A stretch of 32,000 nt of DNA, taken from contig CP126532.1 of assembly GCA_030167145.1 (NCBI GenBank), forward strand, positions 2,400,001 to 2,432,000. Direction: 5' to 3'. Shown here in pieces: positions 1 through 9,309 of this stretch. The DNA comes from Ktedonobacterales bacterium. Its GTDB lineage: Bacteria > Chloroflexota > Ktedonobacteria > Ktedonobacterales > JADMIN01. Numbering within the stretch: position 1 is the stretch's first letter; each line of letters starts with the position of its first letter. Made by a program: the position numbers and the translations under genes. The notes under the pieces are model-generated. The model saw only the letters and a program-made list of their open reading frames with translations. It ran no database searches and was not told the DNA's origin.

Positions 1-1185
1 CCCGATGCGCTGGATCCCGCGTTGCGCCGCCCCGGACGCTTCGACCGCGAGATTAGCCTGCACGCGCCCGACCAGCAGGGGCGGGTCGAGATTCTGCGTA
101 TCCACAGCCGCGATATGCCGCTGGCGCATGATGTGGAGCTTGCCGAAATCGCGCGCATCACGCCAGGGTTCGTCGGCGCGGACCTCGCCGCGCTCTGCCG
201 CGAAGGCGCGATGGCCGCACTGCGCCGCACCTTCCCGGAGGCGGTGCTGACCAGCGCCAGCATCCCCACCGAAGACCTGCTGGCGCTGACGGTGACCAGC
301 GACGATTTTCAGGACGCGCTCAAGGGTATCGAGCCGTCTGCCGCGCGTGAGGTAGCGGTGGATGTGGGCCGCATTGCGTGGGATGAGGTCGGCGGGCTGG
401 AAGACGCGAAACGCACGCTGATCGAGCTGATCGAATGGCCGCTGCGCTACCCCGACATCTACGACCAGATGGGCCTCGATCCGGTGCGTGGCGTGCTGCT
501 CGCTGGGCCGCCGGGGACCGGCAAGACGCTGATCGCCCGCGCGCTGGCTACGGCCTGCCAGGCAAACTTCATCAGCGTGAAGGGGCCGGAACTGCTCTCG
601 AAGTGGGTCGGCGAATCCGAGCGCGGCGTGCGCGAGACGTTCCAGCGGGCGAAGCAGGTTGCACCATGCGTGCTGTTCCTCGATGAGATGGATGCGCTTG
701 CGCCGCAACGCGGCCACGCCTTCGACACGGTCTCGGACCGCATCATCGGGCAATTGCTCACCGAGTTAGACGGCATCGAAGGGCGGCGCGGCGTGATCGT
801 GGTCGGTGCGACCAACCGCCCGGAACTGATAGACCCTGCCGTGCTGCGCTCTGGGCGCTTCGACCTGACCCTTGAACTGCCACTGCCGGATCGAGACGCA
901 CGTAAGGCAATCTTCGCCATACACACCAAGCGCCGCCGTCTCGCGCCCAACGCCTCGCTCGATACGCTGGCCCGCCGCACCAACGGCTTCAGCGGCGCGG
1001 ACATCGAGGCCACCTGCCGCCGCGCCGCCAATCTCGCCCTCTCCGAATGGCTGCGCGCGCGTATGACGGGACGCGCTGGCCCGCCCACAGTGGAGACGTT
1101 GTCTGCGACGCCCAACGCCGGCCCGCAGATCGAGATGCGCCACTTCGACGCCGCCATCGGCGAGGCGAAACAGCGCGAAGTGTAA
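1..1185 (+). CDS. AAA+ ATPase, CDC48/VCP-like two-module type (3' part; 5' end outside window)
   Basis: Frame 1 is open from base 1 (PDALDPALRRPGRFDREI is the end of a preceding AAA module). The second module has Walker A GPPGTGKT, Walker B VLFLDEMD and an SRH/arginine-finger region PAVLRSGRFD. Stop at 1183-1185. Confidence 0.9.
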   Translation, partial: PDALDPALRRPGRFDREISLHAPDQQGRVEILRIHSRDMPLAHDVELAEIARITPGFVGADLAALCREGAMAALRRTFPEAVLTSASIPTEDLLALTVTSDDFQDALKGIEPSAAREVAVDVGRIAWDEVGGLEDAKRTLIELIEWPLRYPDIYDQMGLDPVRGVLLAGPPGTGKTLIARALATACQANFISVKGPELLSKWVGESERGVRETFQRAKQVAPCVLFLDEMDALAPQRGHAFDTVSDRIIGQLLTELDGIEGRRGVIVVGATNRPELIDPAVLRSGRFDLTLELPLPDRDARKAIFAIHTKRRRLAPNASLDTLARRTNGFSGADIEATCRRAANLALSEWLRARMTGRAGPPTVETLSATPNAGPQIEMRHFDAAIGEAKQREV

Positions 1186-1398
1186 CGCCCCATACGAGAA
1201 TCCGAGCGCCCCACCGCACCCAGCCACGGCGACCGCCGGATGTCCCTGCGTGCTGCAAATGGCGCGTGGTAGAATACAGGTTGGCCGCGCGAGCGTCGCG
1301 GGCGTCCGGCAGATGCCCCTACATATGCCCATAGACGATGGTTCGCGCGGCGCATTCTGGCATCCGGCAAGCAATGTGGCTTCAGGAGAGATAGTTCG

Positions 1399-2865
1399 AT
1401 GACGACTTCAGATGGCGAGCAACGGGCCGTGCGGATGGAGCACGATTCGCTGGGCGATGTGGCCGTGCCCGCGAGCGCGCTCTATGGCGCGCAGACGCAG
1501 CGCGCGGTGAATAATTTCCCGATCAGTGGCATGCGCGCGCATCCAGCGATGATCCAGGCAACGGTGCTGGTGAAGAAAGCCGCCGCGCTGGCGAATATGG
1601 AGACGGGACGGCTTGACGAGCGCATCGCCCGCGCTATCGCGCAGGCGGCGGACGAGATTCTCGCTGGGCAGTGGCACGAACATTTCGTGGTGGACGTGTA
1701 TCAGGCGGGCGCGGGCACCTCGCACAATATGAACGCGAATGAGGTGCTGGCCAATCGCGCCATCGAGCTGCTTGGCGGCCAGCGCGGCGACAGCGCGATG
1801 GTCCATGCGAACGACCACGTGAACATGGCGCAGTCCACCAACGACACCTTCCCCACGGCGATGCGCGTGGCGGCGCTGCTGATGATCCGCGAGACACTTC
1901 CCGCGATGGAGCGGCTGGCGGAGGCGTTCGAGGAGAAGGGGCGTGAGTTCGACGGCATCGTCAAATCGGGGCGCACGCACCTGCAAGACGCGACGCCGAT
2001 TCGCCTGGGCCAGGAGTTTGCCGCATACGGGCTGAGCGTGCGCCGCGACGTTGACCGGCTGCGCGCGACACAGGCGACGCTCTGCGAACTGAACATCGGC
2101 GGCACGGCTGTTGGCACAGGCCTCAACGCAGAACCAGCCTATATCGCTGGCATGGTGCGGCATCTGAGCGAGCTAACGGGCTTCCCGTTCCGGCAGGCCG
2201 AATCGCTGGTGCAGATTGCGCCGAGCATGTCGTCATTCGTCGAGGTGTCGGGCGCGCTAAGGGTGCTGGCGACGGACCTGACCAAAATCGCCAACGACAT
2301 TCGCCTGCTGGCCTCTGGTCCCGCAACCGGCTTGTATGAGATCATTCTGCCGCCGGTGCAGCCCGGCTCTTCGATCATGCCGGGCAAGATCAACCCTTCG
2401 ATGGCCGAGATGCTGAATCAGGTCTGCTTCCAGGTGCTTGGCTACGATACCACCGTGACCTTCGCGGCGCAGGCGGGCCAGCTTGAGTTGAACGTGATGA
2501 TGCCGGTGCTGATCCACAATGTGCTGTGGTCGCTGACAATTCTCAAGAACGCGATGGACGCCTTCACCGAACGCTGTGTGCGCGGCATCATCGCCAACAA
2601 AGAACGTTGCGAGGAGTACGCCTTCAAGAGCGCGAGCCTGGTAACGGCGCTCGCCCCGTACATCGGCTACGAGGCGTCGGCCAAGCTGGCAAAGGAGCAG
2701 GTGGCGACGGGACGCGACATCCGCGACATCGTGCGCGAGCATAACCTGCTGCCCGAAGAAGATCTCGTCGAGATCCTGCGGCCCGCCGCGATGACCGAGC
2801 CAGGGGTCGCGGGCCAGGGCAAGACCAAGACGCCGATCCTGGGCCACGCCAGCGCGGGCGGCTGA
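1399..2865 (+). CDS. aspA: Aspartate ammonia-lyase (class II fumarase/aspartase family)
   Basis: Fumarate-lyase signature GSSIMPGKINP. The blocks VDVYQAGAGTSHNMNANEVLAN and NQVCFQVLGYDTTVTFAAQAGQLELNVMMPV match my memory of E. coli AspA better than FumC. AGGAGA lies 9 nt upstream of ATG 1399. Confidence 0.85.
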   Translation: MTTSDGEQRAVRMEHDSLGDVAVPASALYGAQTQRAVNNFPISGMRAHPAMIQATVLVKKAAALANMETGRLDERIARAIAQAADEILAGQWHEHFVVDVYQAGAGTSHNMNANEVLANRAIELLGGQRGDSAMVHANDHVNMAQSTNDTFPTAMRVAALLMIRETLPAMERLAEAFEEKGREFDGIVKSGRTHLQDATPIRLGQEFAAYGLSVRRDVDRLRATQATLCELNIGGTAVGTGLNAEPAYIAGMVRHLSELTGFPFRQAESLVQIAPSMSSFVEVSGALRVLATDLTKIANDIRLLASGPATGLYEIILPPVQPGSSIMPGKINPSMAEMLNQVCFQVLGYDTTVTFAAQAGQLELNVMMPVLIHNVLWSLTILKNAMDAFTERCVRGIIANKERCEEYAFKSASLVTALAPYIGYEASAKLAKEQVATGRDIRDIVREHNLLPEEDLVEILRPAAMTEPGVAGQGKTKTPILGHASAGG

Positions 2866-2878
2866 TCTACGCTGCCGC

Positions 2879-3505
2879 TCACATCCGCCGCAGCCAGTAC
2901 CACGCCGAGCCGACGCCGAGTCGGTCGCTGCCCTGCACCTCGCGCTCGATGGTGAAATGCTCCGCGAAGAGCGCGCGCACGCCGTCGGGCGTTATGCCAA
3001 TCTCGCGGCCATTACGCATATGTGGCGCGAACACATAGACGAGATACAACGCGCCCGGCGCGGCGACCTGCGCCAGACCGGCGGCATAGCGGGCGCGGCC
3101 AGCGGGCGCGATGAGGTGCAGGCAGCCGAGATCGAAGAGCAGCGTATACTCCTCGCCCAATCCCAGCGTCTGCATCGCGGTGGCGTCGCCGCGCAAGAAA
3201 CGCACTTGTCTGTCGGGCAGCTTCGCGCTCTGGAGTTTGCGGTTGGCGCGGGCAATCGCAGGCGCGGCGAAGTCTATCCCCGTCACCTGCCAGCCATGGC
3301 GGGCGAGATACAGCGCGTTGGTGCCGGTGCCGCAGCCGATGTCCAGCGCGCGACCTGGCGGCAGCGCATGCGGCCCCGCGACTGCCTCGACCAACTCCGG
3401 TGGGCTGATGCCGGTATCCCAGGGCGTGAAGCCGCGCAGATACCTCCACGTAAAGAACCAACGCTCCAGATGGAGCGCATGCGTCGTGCGCCCGAAAAGT
3501 GACAT
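2879..3505 (-). CDS. Class I SAM-dependent methyltransferase (TPMT/TehB-like)
   Basis: SAM-binding motif LDIGCGTGTNALYLARHG followed by the acidic loop TGIDFA. The N-terminal W..W...TPWD block is typical of small-molecule methyltransferases. Confidence 0.85.
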   Translation of the reverse strand: MSLFGRTTHALHLERWFFTWRYLRGFTPWDTGISPPELVEAVAGPHALPPGRALDIGCGTGTNALYLARHGWQVTGIDFAAPAIARANRKLQSAKLPDRQVRFLRGDATAMQTLGLGEEYTLLFDLGCLHLIAPAGRARYAAGLAQVAAPGALYLVYVFAPHMRNGREIGITPDGVRALFAEHFTIEREVQGSDRLGVGSAWYWLRRM

Positions 3506-3768
3506 ACAGCCGCTCTCTTTCTATTTCCGCTCATATCTATTCAGCGCATGTTATGTGTGCTACCATGCGAGCAACAGATACGCCGGTGTCCACAGCATAG
3601 CGTATTATTGGCCAAACCCGCCGCTCACACGTCTAAAGCATAGGGGCCGTCACTCTATGCGGGCGGGGGCAACAAACGGCTGCACTCAGCGGTTCCACGG
3701 CACATAACTTGTAGCGTGTGGCAACACAGACGGACCGAGGCGTGTGATGCGGTGAGGAGGGTGGCGCG

Positions 3769-5247
3769 ATGTGGAGACGTGGACGTGCAGCGAAAACGGA
3801 ACGGATGGATGTACCGGATCTGGTGGAGGATGACATGGATGAGCAAACGACTGATGGCTTTGTGCGCGAGGACCTGGATGGCAAATCGCGCTCGCGTCTG
3901 TCGTTGCGTATGCCCCAGAGTATTGCTGGTATGTCCCCTGGTCGCAGGCGGATCCTCTATGCCGCGCTTGCGCTGCTGGTGGTGCTGATTTTCGTCTTCG
4001 TCTTCATTCTGCGCCAGCTCGCGCCCGCAGTCCACTACGCAACAGTCGCGCAAGGCAATCTGACCATCAGCTTTCCCGCTACGGGGACGCTGCAAAGCGC
4101 CGAGTACGATCCCAACTTCGCCATCACCGGGCAGGTAGCGGAGATAGATGTCACCGTGGGCGATACCGTCACGGCGGGGCAGACGCTCGCCAAGCTCAAC
4201 ACCACCCAGCTTCAGAATGCCGTCAACGCCGCACAGGCCGCCGTCAACGCCGCGCAAACCAAATTTGACGACGCCAACGCCTCGCTGAACAAAGTGCAGG
4301 CACAGACCGATGCCGCGCTCGCCGCCGCCTACGATGCGGAGCAGGCCAAGCTGAATAGCAGCAATTGCGATAGCGCATGTGTGCAGCAGGCGGAAGACCA
4401 GTACGCCGCCGCGCAGGCCCTGGCCGACGCCCAGAACGCCGCCGCGCAGACTGCCGTAGATGATGCGCAATCAGAGGTCAACACATCAAAGGCGCTGCTT
4501 CAGATCGCGCAGGGCAACCTTGCCGCCGCCACGCTCACCGCCCCACACGATGGCACCGTCGCCGCCATCTACGGCACGGTCGGCGGCGGTGCGGGCGGCA
4601 GCGCTGTGCCATTCATCAAGATCGTGGACCTGGGCGCGATGCAGATGCAGGCCAATGTCAGTGTCGCGCATGCGGGCGACGTAGCCAGGGGCCAGATCGC
4701 GCAGGTGACGGTTCCCGCCATCGGCAAGCAGATTTTCCAGGGGACCGTCACGAGTGTCTCGCCGCTTGGCACCGTGATCGGCAATACGCTCACCTATCCC
4801 GTGACGATTGACCTCGATACCGCCAACACCACGGGCGCGGCGCCGCTGCCCGGCATGGCGGCACAAGTGGCCATCGTCACCGCCCAGCGCTTTGCCGTGC
4901 TCCTCATTCCCGTCAGCGCCGTCACCTTCGCCCAGGCCGCAAGCGACCTCAAACACGGTGGTTTCCTCACTGCCAAGCAAGTGACCGCAGCCATGACGCA
5001 GGCGCGCAATATGCTGACCACGCTCGAAAACGAGCAAGGCGCAGACATCTCGCAGGACCAGCCCACGCCGTCCTATGTGTTGGAAAACGCCAATGGCAAG
5101 TGGGTGGTGAAGCCGGTGGTGCTTGGGTTGACGAACGGCAAATCTTATGAGGTGCTCGCGGGCTTGAAGGCGGGCGAGAAGATCGTCTCAGGCGAGGCGA
5201 ACAGTGGCCTGACCTTCCCCACGCCGACACCCGTCATTACACGCTAA
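3769..5247 (+). CDS. HlyD/membrane-fusion-protein family periplasmic adaptor
   Basis: GAGGAGG lies 8 nt upstream of ATG 3769. There is one TM anchor (ILYAALALLVVLIFVFVFIL), a long Ala/Gln/Asn-rich coiled-coil hairpin and an LTAPHDGTVAAI beta-barrel motif. The start could be a later in-frame Met. Confidence 0.8.
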   Translation: MWRRGRAAKTERMDVPDLVEDDMDEQTTDGFVREDLDGKSRSRLSLRMPQSIAGMSPGRRRILYAALALLVVLIFVFVFILRQLAPAVHYATVAQGNLTISFPATGTLQSAEYDPNFAITGQVAEIDVTVGDTVTAGQTLAKLNTTQLQNAVNAAQAAVNAAQTKFDDANASLNKVQAQTDAALAAAYDAEQAKLNSSNCDSACVQQAEDQYAAAQALADAQNAAAQTAVDDAQSEVNTSKALLQIAQGNLAAATLTAPHDGTVAAIYGTVGGGAGGSAVPFIKIVDLGAMQMQANVSVAHAGDVARGQIAQVTVPAIGKQIFQGTVTSVSPLGTVIGNTLTYPVTIDLDTANTTGAAPLPGMAAQVAIVTAQRFAVLLIPVSAVTFAQAASDLKHGGFLTAKQVTAAMTQARNMLTTLENEQGADISQDQPTPSYVLENANGKWVVKPVVLGLTNGKSYEVLAGLKAGEKIVSGEANSGLTFPTPTPVITR

Positions 5248-6545
5248 GCTTCGCTGACCGCTGGAAGCTCGCCATGACGCAGCAGCCATGCGCGCACCGG
5301 CGCGACGCCCTCGCGCACGAGCAGCGCCGCCGTGGGGGCGAGCCGCCGCTCAACCCAGTGCCGCGCCCTGGTGTCCGCAAGCAGCGCATCAAGCGTCTCG
5401 GCTGTTCTCGTGGTGACGATACGCGCATCGCGCGTCAGGCGCAGGCGCTCGACATGCCGCTCCCAGTCGTCCAGTGTCACGCGCACATTCGCGGGGAACA
5501 AGAAGCCCCCAGTGGGGGACCCCGGCACATCCGCCAGCGCGGTCAGCCGCCGCGCTACCTCATCGGCGTTCCAGCCGAGCGCACGGGCGCGGGCGAATGC
5601 GGGGCGGCTCAGGCGATAGCGGGCCGTCAACTCTATCGCGTCCTCGTCGGCGCAGGCATCGAGCAGCAGCAATTCTGGGGCGGTCAGCGGCGGATAGGCG
5701 ACCAGCGTGAAATCGGGCGAGAGCACCACGCGCCCTGTCGCTTCCGGCAGAGCCAGCGCCGCACCTTCGTCCTCCACCGCGCGTAACGCCTGGACCGCCA
5801 TGCCCGCGCGATAGACACTGGCGCGCAGGCCCTCAACCTGCGTCTCCTCCACTACGGCGAATCCCAGCCATGCCAGTGGCCCCAGCAGCGCCGCACGTTC
5901 GGTCGCGCCATCCATTGTGGTGTCGGCGCGTAACGGCACGCTGGCCGTGCGGCGGCGGACGCTCGTGCGTGTGCGGCGATCCGTGCTGGCGCGCGGCGCG
6001 AGAGGCAGCGCATGAATCGTATCCAGCGTCATCGCGGCCAGGGCATCCAGCAGACGGCGGCGAGCAAGGGCGATGCGGGGCGGGGCGGGCGTCATCAGCC
6101 GAGGCGGCTCGGCGCGTGGGTCGGGCGCATCGGGCCACCAACCGCCCGCCACCCAGAGCCGCACGCAGATACGCAGGCGCTCGGCCAGTGGATGCGCGAG
6201 ATAGCGCGCCATCTCACGCTGCTCCGCCGCGAGCAGCCGTGCATCGCCAGGAGCGGCGCGCAGCAGCCCGAGCCGTTGGAGCAACCGCCGCACGAAGAAC
6301 AGACGCGCATCCTCAGCTTCGGTCCGGTCGGCATCCACTGTGCCTGGGGCGCGCATGCCATCGGCGGCTAGCAGCCGCGCCCGCATCCGGCGCAACGCAG
6401 GACGTGTCACCAGTCCTCGCGCCGTCAGAGCCAGCCCGTCCGCTGCCCACGCCTCACGCCAATAAAGATAGAGGTCACGCTGAAACCGCACGGCTTCGGC
6501 TAGCCCCACCATAGCTTCGCTCCGCCACTCATCCGGCGTCGGCAT
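5244..6545 (-). CDS. Hypothetical protein with XPB-N-terminal-like (Helicase_C_3-like) module
   Basis: ATG 6545 lies 15 nt after the stop of the upstream SWIM gene, with GAGG in between, which suggests coupling. The C-terminal half (LSPDFTLVAYPP...ARYRLSRPAFARARALGWNADEVARRLTAL...NVRVTLDDWERHVERLRL) resembles the N-terminal damage-recognition module of bacterial XPB-type helicases; that match is from memory. No Walker A motif was seen. Confidence 0.75.
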   Translation of the reverse strand: MPTPDEWRSEAMVGLAEAVRFQRDLYLYWREAWAADGLALTARGLVTRPALRRMRARLLAADGMRAPGTVDADRTEAEDARLFFVRRLLQRLGLLRAAPGDARLLAAEQREMARYLAHPLAERLRICVRLWVAGGWWPDAPDPRAEPPRLMTPAPPRIALARRRLLDALAAMTLDTIHALPLAPRASTDRRTRTSVRRRTASVPLRADTTMDGATERAALLGPLAWLGFAVVEETQVEGLRASVYRAGMAVQALRAVEDEGAALALPEATGRVVLSPDFTLVAYPPLTAPELLLLDACADEDAIELTARYRLSRPAFARARALGWNADEVARRLTALADVPGSPTGGFLFPANVRVTLDDWERHVERLRLTRDARIVTTRTAETLDALLADTRARHWVERRLAPTAALLVREGVAPVRAWLLRHGELPAVSEA

Positions 6546-6560
6546 CAGCTTCGCCTCACT

Positions 6561-8951
6561 TCATACAGCGTAACCCCGACGCGCGAGCGCCGCTTCAAGT
6601 GCGGCGGCGGCATCCGGCGGCGCAAGCGCCAGCGCGGGGGCCAGCCGCTGGCAGCGTGCGGCAAGCTCTGGCACGGCGGCCAGCGCCTCGGCCAGGGCAA
6701 CATCATCGTGCGCTTCGATCAGCAGCCACCCCGCATACAGGTGGCTCTGCCCATACGCTTCTTGCCAGGCGCGCAGTCCTGTTTCGATGGCAGTGGCGGC
6801 GCGCTCACCGCCAGCCCGCAGGATGCGCGCAATCACGGCATCTGCTGACACGCCCGCATCGAATGCGGCGCAGGCCAGATCCGGCGCCAGGCGGTAGATC
6901 AGCCGCCCGCCCGCCACCGCCGCCGGACGCGCCCACATTTCCAGCGCATCGAGTGTCTCCGCGCCCAGCGCCAGCGGCGCAGCCGCCAGCGCACCGTCGC
7001 GCATCGCCAGCAGTGGCGCGCCCCACTCGCCCGCCAACGCATCACCAGCCCCGGACGGGAGCGCCGCCGTGTCAGTGGGGTCGAGCAGGAAGCGCCCGAA
7101 CGGCGTCACGCGGAACGCACCCGGCTGGCCTGCCGCATCCGCCGCGAGGTCCAGTGCGCCCCACCAGTGCAGCGGACCTGCCAGCAGCGCCCGCACATAC
7201 TCACCCTCGCTGGCGCGCCATTCCGCCGCGATGGAGGGTCGCAGCGGGCGACCCGCTTCGGAACGGCTCAGCGGGGCTACGCTCCGCCTGCCCGCTTCGG
7301 CGCGCTCCAGCCACCAGGCTGGTGAAGTGTAGGCCGCCTGCCGCCCGCGCAGAAACAGCGGCGCAATGCGCCAGATCAGATCGAGCAGCGCATCTATGCT
7401 ATACCACACGCCGGGTTGCGCCGTTGCGATCAGCCGGAGCACGAACTGCCGCGCCGCCTGGATTTCGCTGGCCAGCGCCGCCGGACGCAACTCGGTATGC
7501 GCCGCATCGAAGCCCACTCGCAGCGACGACCCCGGCTGGCTGAGGTCCGCTAGCTCAGCAGGTGACTCCGCCGCGCGCCACAGGCCAAACGCCGCGCGCA
7601 GGGTCAGTGGCCGCTCATCTGGCGGGGCGCCAGCGAGGTCACGCAGCGAATAATAGCTGGCGCCATCTTCGCGCGCCCAGAGCAACACGCGCCGCGCCAT
7701 CTGCGCCAGCCCCAGGGCCACGTCCGCACCACGCGCAAACTCCGTCAGCGGGGCGGTGGGCAGATCGCCAGGGACGAGCGGAAACGGGGCAGGCCCACAC
7801 GCTCCCTCGCGTGGCGGCTCGCGACGGTCTGAGGTGTCGCGCGGCGCGGCGCCAGCGAGTGGGTTGAATGGGCGCGGCGCGCGGGCTAGCAGCGCCAGCG
7901 CCAGGCAGAGCGGGCGCGGTGTGGCGCGCAACAGGCGCGTTGCCCGCGCGGCGGTGGACCCCTCCGCATGATCCGCTGAATCTAGTAGCGGCAACCCCTT
8001 GCCTGCTGCTAATGACGCGGGCGCGAGCGGCAACGTCAGCGGCAGCGCGGCGCGCACCTCAGGCGCAATCCGCCACCCCGCGACGCGACGCCACGCATGC
8101 TGTTCCTCGGTAGGCATAGGCGAAGGAGGGCGCACACCATGCGCCCCTACAGCGCCGGGCGCGGCGAAAAGCAGCGCGTGCCGTTCGAGCACGGCAACCT
8201 CGCTGCGCAGCGCGGCGGGCGCGCGGTGGGCGCGGGCGGCGATGCCATCCAGGTCAGCGGCGGTGAGACTGCCACCCAGCAGCGCAATTTCCATCAGCAG
8301 CGTGCGCGCGGCGGCGTCGAGCCGTTCGAGCACACGAACCAGATGCGCGCGCGCGCCGAGCGTCATCACCAGCAGCCGCCGTGCCTCATGTTCGTCGTGT
8401 TCACGCAGCTCACTGCCGAGCACACGGCGGGCGATTTCGGCGACATCGGCGGCGGGGAGCCGTGTCAGCTCATCCGCCAGCGTCGCGGGGCGGGGCGGCT
8501 GGCGCATGGCTCGCGCCTTCAGCAAAGTGGGCTGGGTGACCTGCGGCGGGGGCTGGGCGGGTAGCGAAAGGGAGGCTGGGGCGGATGCCTGGGTGGCCGA
8601 CGATCCGCTGGTGAGCGCGACGAAATCGCCAGGATGGCGAATCCACGCGGTGAGCAACGCTGCTACATGCGCGCACCCGAAGCGCGGTATCATCGCTGGC
8701 GCTTCGGTGGGTGGCGCGCAGTCGCAGTGCCAGCGCACATCCGCTGAGCCTTCATCGGTGGCTTCTGCTTCCACCTGATGCGCCGCGCCATCTTCCACTG
8801 TCGCGCGGAGGGTAGCGACCTCGCGGCAAGTCCCGGTCACGGCATGGCGCGAGACAAGTTCAATGCCGCGTGCGGCCGCCTGAAGCCCGCAGAAGCGGAC
8901 CACATCCGCTTCGCGCAGCTTCACCAGCGATGCGGGCGGCGACTGACTCAT
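6561..8951 (-). CDS. SWIM zinc-finger domain protein, 796 aa
   Basis: SWIM motif C76-x-C78-x14-C93-x-H95 (WHCDCAPP...FGCAHVAALL, about 8667-8726). GGAGG lies 7 nt upstream of ATG 8951. The C-terminal module LIYRLAPDLACAAFDAGVSADAVIARIL parallels one in the downstream gene. Confidence 0.85.
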   Translation of the reverse strand: MSQSPPASLVKLREADVVRFCGLQAAARGIELVSRHAVTGTCREVATLRATVEDGAAHQVEAEATDEGSADVRWHCDCAPPTEAPAMIPRFGCAHVAALLTAWIRHPGDFVALTSGSSATQASAPASLSLPAQPPPQVTQPTLLKARAMRQPPRPATLADELTRLPAADVAEIARRVLGSELREHDEHEARRLLVMTLGARAHLVRVLERLDAAARTLLMEIALLGGSLTAADLDGIAARAHRAPAALRSEVAVLERHALLFAAPGAVGAHGVRPPSPMPTEEQHAWRRVAGWRIAPEVRAALPLTLPLAPASLAAGKGLPLLDSADHAEGSTAARATRLLRATPRPLCLALALLARAPRPFNPLAGAAPRDTSDRREPPREGACGPAPFPLVPGDLPTAPLTEFARGADVALGLAQMARRVLLWAREDGASYYSLRDLAGAPPDERPLTLRAAFGLWRAAESPAELADLSQPGSSLRVGFDAAHTELRPAALASEIQAARQFVLRLIATAQPGVWYSIDALLDLIWRIAPLFLRGRQAAYTSPAWWLERAEAGRRSVAPLSRSEAGRPLRPSIAAEWRASEGEYVRALLAGPLHWWGALDLAADAAGQPGAFRVTPFGRFLLDPTDTAALPSGAGDALAGEWGAPLLAMRDGALAAAPLALGAETLDALEMWARPAAVAGGRLIYRLAPDLACAAFDAGVSADAVIARILRAGGERAATAIETGLRAWQEAYGQSHLYAGWLLIEAHDDVALAEALAAVPELAARCQRLAPALALAPPDAAAALEAALARRGYAV

Positions 8952-9003
8952 GCTCGCGCCTCCAACACGAGAGGACGAAACGAGAGACGCTGCTCAGCGA
9001 GCG

Positions 9004-9222
9004 TCACTCCTCCTCATCTTCGTCGTCGTCAAAGTCATCTTCAAACGCATCGTCCTCATCGTCTTCGTCATCATCCCAATCGTCGTCGTCAAAGTCGTCG
9101 AGATCGTCATCGAACTCGTCATCAACGTCAAGCTCCTCATCAAGTTCGTCTTCGTCAGGACCGGACGCGAGCGAGACCGGGATGCGCGGAAACAAGGGTG
9201 TTTCGGCTGTGGCGAGACTCAT
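9004..9222 (-). CDS. Hyper-acidic small protein, 72 aa
   Basis: ATG 9222-9220 has GGAGG 9 nt upstream and a TTGACC-18-TACAAT promoter further upstream. Product: MSLATAETPLFPRIPVSLASGP followed by 50 residues of which 40 are D or E, punctuated by L, V, F, W and A. It is the 3' end of the 347-aa track ORF, whose remainder overlaps the FHA gene out of frame. Confidence 0.6.
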   Translation of the reverse strand: MSLATAETPLFPRIPVSLASGPDEDELDEELDVDDEFDDDLDDFDDDDWDDDEDDEDDAFEDDFDDDEDEEE

Positions 9223-9309
9223 GAACAATAGCCTCCATGTGCTATAGATTTCTCGGCGATACGGTAATTGCGCGCATGCGAGCGGCGCGCCAGCCGGATG
9301 CTCCGGCAT

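Noticed and set aside
1267-1275. Extended -10 element TGgTAGAAT as the aspA promoter
   Set aside because: There is no convincing -35 hexamer at 17 +/- 1 nt (TGCGTG at best). It is plausible but not well enough supported to list as a feature.
8870-9247. Plus-strand Ser-rich (SSSSSSKSSSNASSS...) and Val/Ile-rich ORFs across the acidic-repeat DNA
   Set aside because: They are mirror translations of the GAT/GAC/GAA/GAG-rich minus-strand coding repeat. They overlap the start of the SWIM gene, have no SD or promoter on the plus strand, and run against the operon direction.
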